NCBI GenBank assembly: GCA_039630055.1
Contig: JBCNVN010000009.1
Span: 1 to 41,968, forward strand
Origin: Candidatus Caldarchaeales archaeon
Lineage (GTDB): Archaea; Thermoproteota; Nitrososphaeria_A; Caldarchaeales; Wolframiiraptoraceae
Direction of reading: 5' to 3'
DNA: 41,968 nucleotides
Under the pieces are notes generated by a model. The model did no database searches and was not told where the DNA came from. It saw nothing but the letters and a program-made list of their open reading frames with translations. This document shows positions 38,071-41,968 of this stretch, in pieces. The position numbers and the translations under genes were made by a program. Position 1 is the first letter of the stretch; the number at the start of each line of letters is the position of its first letter.

Positions 38071-40050
38071 AAAAATCCTACCATTTATCGTGAAGTAGTA
38101 TATCATAGTCATCGCCAAAAAGATGATAGACAAGATGTTAAAAATCCAGTTAAGAGTATCCTCGCCCACATATCTTATCATGATCTTAATATCTCCTCTA
38201 ACCCCGCTTAAGTTATAATAGATGAAAACAGGGCCGATTAGATTAGGTTTCAACTCTATATTGTCTAGATAAGCTCTCCATCCATCATCATAGTTAACTT
38301 TAAAGATGAGATAGCAGTCTTCTGTAAGCCCCTTAACCTCTACATAGATCAAGTCGCTAGAAACTACCTTATAATCTAAAACGTGGCCACACTCCATATC
38401 TCCGATCAATTCAAGATATCTTTCAAGGCTCTGTATATCATGTATCTCTCTAAGGATAGGTATGTGGTCAACCTTCTTTACAAGCTGTATCGGTCTAGAA
38501 TCATCTAATGAAATCTCATATACTTTGACATGATCTATCTCTCTTATTACATTGAGCTTGTTCTCAAACTTCTCTGGATATCTATAGTCTTTGTATGGTA
38601 AGCGGGCTGATGGAAAATCTACGACTAAATATTTCACATTGAAGGCTTCAAGCCATTTGATGCTAAGTGTACTGTTAGGACTATTATTAACAAAGTATGA
38701 GATGTGAGCCCACATAGGATTTAAGCTTCCCGAGACTTCGTCGAATCCACCTCTGACCTGCGGCTTATCGGTGAAGACGTTCAGCCAGAATGCTATTGAG
38801 CCCGTAACATATACTCTTGGCCCGAACCTATCTCCAGACAGATCATTAATGAAGACTGCGATCTTCTTCTCTATGGAATCTTCTATCTCATGGTCGCCTA
38901 CTCTATAGATGTTCCATGCAGAATTCAGTCCCTGAGCATAATAGATTATAGCGATACCAAGCAATATCGTTATGATTCCGATACTATACCTTCCTAATCT
39001 TTTAAGTGAGGAGAATAAAAAAGAGGTTGCCAATCCATATAATGAGATGTCGAATTCTGGATTGTATCTTATGGCTTGAGGCAGCAGTTCTATACCGGCA
39101 AATTTATTAAAGCCGACTACGAGTAAGAATATTGTTGCGAGTAGCAGTGTTACTGATGATGCTTTCATACCTTTTTTAGATTGTAGCACTCTGGCTAAAG
39201 CATACGTAGATGATAAAACCAATACTATAACAACTATATGTGGAATCGTCAAAGTCTGCTTATCTGCTGTTAACTGTAAATAGATTCCAAGAGCATACAG
39301 ATATTCATAATCATAAACGAATAGACAGAGTCCCCATCCAAGAAAATATAAAATTATGAATTTTTTAAAGGTGCTCCAACCCGATAAAACGGTTATAGAT
39401 AAGAGAAATATTAGAAGTGATACAGATGCGATCAGATTGGTCAAGTTAACTAATGCGATCATAAAGACTGTAGCTATAAGAGATATCTTCTCTCCGGATT
39501 CTATATGATAGTAGAATAATGCCACCGTGATTAAAGCCAACGATAATCCTAAGAGATGGGGTGTCTCACCATATAATCCAATAAGTGTTACATGGTCAGG
39601 ATATGATTGTATCTCTGGATAAGTATACAACGATCTATGAACCGATGGAAGACATAGATAGATTATGCTAGATAAGGATCCAGCCAATACTGAACGGGAT
39701 ATTGAGTAGATGAAGAAGTAGATGGCCAATGGAAGTATTATCAAGGTTAGAGCCGTGATCTTTCTATAGGCTTCCGGTATATCTACTCGTAGAAGTATCG
39801 AGGTTAAATCTACAATGTATAGAAATCCAGGTGAGTAAGATAGTTTGAAGGGGTGTCCACCATACCAGAGAGGGTTCCATCTAGGTATGGGAAAATTCTC
39901 AAAGAGCATTCTAGATTGAGCGATATATGCAGACTCTATAGAGCCTGTATTCCAAGTATATTTACCATGTAATAGTGGATAAGATTGGATAATCGCTAGA
40001 ACTACTACTATTATTATCGGTATCGAGTGGATCTTCTTCAACAGTATCAT
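38023..40050 (-). CDS. GT-C/YfhO-like multi-pass membrane protein
   Basis: SIE, WNPLWYGGHPF..Y.PG, YGETPH, RY, QVRGGFD, NYDDGWRAY, C-terminal TM. Confidence 0.75.
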   Translation of the reverse strand: MILLKKIHSIPIIIVVVLAIIQSYPLLHGKYTWNTGSIESAYIAQSRMLFENFPIPRWNPLWYGGHPFKLSYSPGFLYIVDLTSILLRVDIPEAYRKITALTLIILPLAIYFFIYSISRSVLAGSLSSIIYLCLPSVHRSLYTYPEIQSYPDHVTLIGLYGETPHLLGLSLALITVALFYYHIESGEKISLIATVFMIALVNLTNLIASVSLLIFLLSITVLSGWSTFKKFIILYFLGWGLCLFVYDYEYLYALGIYLQLTADKQTLTIPHIVVIVLVLSSTYALARVLQSKKGMKASSVTLLLATIFLLVVGFNKFAGIELLPQAIRYNPEFDISLYGLATSFLFSSLKRLGRYSIGIITILLGIAIIYYAQGLNSAWNIYRVGDHEIEDSIEKKIAVFINDLSGDRFGPRVYVTGSIAFWLNVFTDKPQVRGGFDEVSGSLNPMWAHISYFVNNSPNSTLSIKWLEAFNVKYLVVDFPSARLPYKDYRYPEKFENKLNVIREIDHVKVYEISLDDSRPIQLVKKVDHIPILREIHDIQSLERYLELIGDMECGHVLDYKVVSSDLIYVEVKGLTEDCYLIFKVNYDDGWRAYLDNIELKPNLIGPVFIYYNLSGVRGDIKIMIRYVGEDTLNWIFNILSIIFLAMTMIYYFTINGRIFSSRSFIRFKKQIHAK

Positions 40051-40082
40051 TCACGATCTTCAAATTAATATCTTTTACAATC

Positions 40083-40112
40083 TTCAATAATATAATTTTC
40101 AATAATATAATT
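40083..40112. repeat. Perfect 15-bp tandem repeat TTCAATAATATAATT x2
   Basis: Read directly in the divergent intergenic region between the GT-C and exosortase genes; a degenerate copy lies near 40059. Confidence 0.7.
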
Positions 40113-40193
40113 CAATCTCGTATTATATCTCAGGGATTAAGGTCTTGTATGCGAAATATAGAATAGAAATCCTTAATAAAATATTACATTACA

Positions 40194-40799
40194 GTGATGT
40201 TAGAATCTCTATGGCTAATACTGTTAGAGAGATGGGAGAGTAAGTCTATAGCTGTTATAATCTTGTCAGCATCACTTATACTTCTAACCCTACCATTCTA
40301 CATTACTTTCAACGAGCTCCTCACATCTATAGTTAAATCAATCGGTTTATGGTACTTCATAGATAGATATATCTCACCTATAGTGGCTGCGATGACATCT
40401 TCGATGCTACAGCTAATGAATATTAAAGCATCTTTCAACGGGCCAATAGTATACATCGTCGAACCGACCGAGAACATAGCACTCTATATTGCATGGAATT
40501 GTATCGGATGGCAGAGTCTAGTAATCTTCACAGCCATCTCTTATCTAGCATTAAAAGATAGTAGGCTTCCCAGATTCGAGAAGTTTATAATAATTATTTT
40601 AGGACTTGAGGGCACGCTACTCATAAACATCTTGAGGATCGCTCTAGTAGGCTTAGTAGCAGCATATCTTGGAAAACTTCATGCTATAATCTTCCATGAC
40701 TATATTGGCTCATTGATAAGTTTCGGATGGCTCCTCGGCTTCTGGTATCTGTTCTCTCATAAATCCAGTGGAGAAGGTTTAGAGGGTGAGAAATCTTGA
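40194..40799 (+). CDS. Exosortase/archaeosortase family protein
   Basis: IAWNCIGWQS (catalytic Cys), INILRI (Arg), FHDY (His) in a multi-TM protein. Confidence 0.85.
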   Translation: MMLESLWLILLERWESKSIAVIILSASLILLTLPFYITFNELLTSIVKSIGLWYFIDRYISPIVAAMTSSMLQLMNIKASFNGPIVYIVEPTENIALYIAWNCIGWQSLVIFTAISYLALKDSRLPRFEKFIIIILGLEGTLLINILRIALVGLVAAYLGKLHAIIFHDYIGSLISFGWLLGFWYLFSHKSSGEGLEGEKS

Positions 40800-41968
40800 T
40801 CGCCGAGATACTAGCATATTCTGGATTGGCTTTTGGAATATTATTCTTCACCTACGCTATTAGACATTACGCTGCACTTATCAACATAGCCATATCGTTA
40901 TTTAGAAGTAGCTCGCTAAGAAATAATAATGTCAGAAATTATAATGGTGGTACTATTAATGGGATAAGATTGAGGATAGCCGATGATAAGATCACTAATG
41001 GTGGTAGAGTTGATAGAAGTCCACCGATGATCAGCATTCACATACCACTCTATAATGAGGAGAAGGTGGTAGACAGGCTAATGGAGGCTTTGACATCAAT
41101 AGACTATCCAAACTATGAGGTGATAGTAGTGGATGATTCAACGGACTCAACTATCGAGAAATTAAAGAAGTGGAATAATCATCCAAAGGTAAAGATAATT
41201 CATAGAGATAATAGGAGAGGGTTTAAGGGTGGAGCGCTTAACGAAGCATTGAAGAATATGAATGATGAGGCTAGATATGTTGTCGTCTTCGATGCAGACT
41301 TTATCCCACCTAGAGATATTCTATGGAGGTTCCTAGAAATCTTTGAGAACAATGGGAATGGTTACGGCATAGAATCATGGGAAAAGAAAGATGTTGTTGC
41401 AGTCCAAGGATATCAGTGGCATGTTCTCAATGCTTCAGAGAACTGGATAACAAAAGCTGTAACAGCAGAATATGCTGGAAATTATCTTGTTGAGAGAGTG
41501 TATATGGAGAATCTACCAGGCTTGAAGATGGTTGCTGGAAGCGTCTTCATGGTTAGAGCAGACATTCTTAAAAGATATGGTTGGAGGGAGAGCCTTACAG
41601 AAGACTGGGATCTTACCCTCAGATTCTATAGAGATGGTTACAAAGTTTTATACACACCCCTTATCGCGGCTCCAGCAGAATGTCCATCAACATTGACCGC
41701 TTTGATGAGGCAGAGGTCTAGATGGTCTGAAGGACATACATTTGCGGTAAAGAAGTATTTTAGAGAGATCTTGCAGAGCAGGTTCCTATCTCTAAGAGAG
41801 AAACTTGAGTTTCTATACCTTACACAATACTACCTTAACAGCTTGTTCTTCATCATCGGTACATTCTCATGGCTTTTAGCAGAGTTTCTAGGAGCAAGGA
41901 TCCCCTTCTGGACAAGCCTCTTCGGATGGTCCCTGCTACTCACAAACCTCATGTCTCTACCATTAGTT
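40796..41968 (+). CDS. Processive GT2 glycosyltransferase, cellulose synthase-like (3' end runs off the window)
   Basis: Not in ORF track. TTG at 40796 overlaps the exosortase TGA. N-terminal TM, IHIPLYNE, VVDDS, GFKGGALN, FDADF, VQG, LTED, QRSRW (QxxRW), then TM helices. Confidence 0.92.
   Translation, partial: MIAEILAYSGLAFGILFFTYAIRHYAALINIAISLFRSSSLRNNNVRNYNGGTINGIRLRIADDKITNGGRVDRSPPMISIHIPLYNEEKVVDRLMEALTSIDYPNYEVIVVDDSTDSTIEKLKKWNNHPKVKIIHRDNRRGFKGGALNEALKNMNDEARYVVVFDADFIPPRDILWRFLEIFENNGNGYGIESWEKKDVVAVQGYQWHVLNASENWITKAVTAEYAGNYLVERVYMENLPGLKMVAGSVFMVRADILKRYGWRESLTEDWDLTLRFYRDGYKVLYTPLIAAPAECPSTLTALMRQRSRWSEGHTFAVKKYFREILQSRFLSLREKLEFLYLTQYYLNSLFFIIGTFSWLLAEFLGARIPFWTSLFGWSLLLTNLMSLPLV

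Noticed and set aside
1-41968. CRISPR arrays, rRNA, transposases, genome-wide stop-codon recoding
   Set aside because: No repeat-spacer arrays, rRNA-like tracts or transposase motifs seen; TAG, TGA and TAA all end conserved genes at expected positions.

Overview
Chromosomal window from an AT-rich archaeon, most consistent with a thermophilic TACK/Thermoproteota lineage (Alba, L40e, TFB, SUI1, PolB3-type polymerase, archaeal AspRS/NusA-like protein, intron-containing tRNA-Val, pantoate kinase). The first ~32 kb is mostly housekeeping but has several oddities: ~110-aa domains inserted into NuoI and CysRS (the latter looks like a winged helix), scattered complex I genes, a bacterial (Thermotoga-like) ATP-PfkA, a family B polymerase with all three proofreading motifs degraded, and a UPF0282 gene broken by two in-frame TAGs. 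The last ~10 kb (31.9-42 kb) is an accessory cell-surface locus. It contains an exosortase/archaeosortase translationally coupled to a processive cellulose-synthase-like GT2, two GT-C/YfhO-like membrane proteins (one frameshifted), a methyltransferase, an EVE/PUA-like protein and a ParA/MinD protein with a BcsQ-like degenerate Walker A. It also has a tandem-HTH regulator convergent with an unannotated 47-aa hydrophobic peptide gene, and a shared TTTGTWACAA palindrome in front of two promoters. This locus is the best candidate for an undescribed system. All family calls come from motif recognition by eye; no database searches were run.
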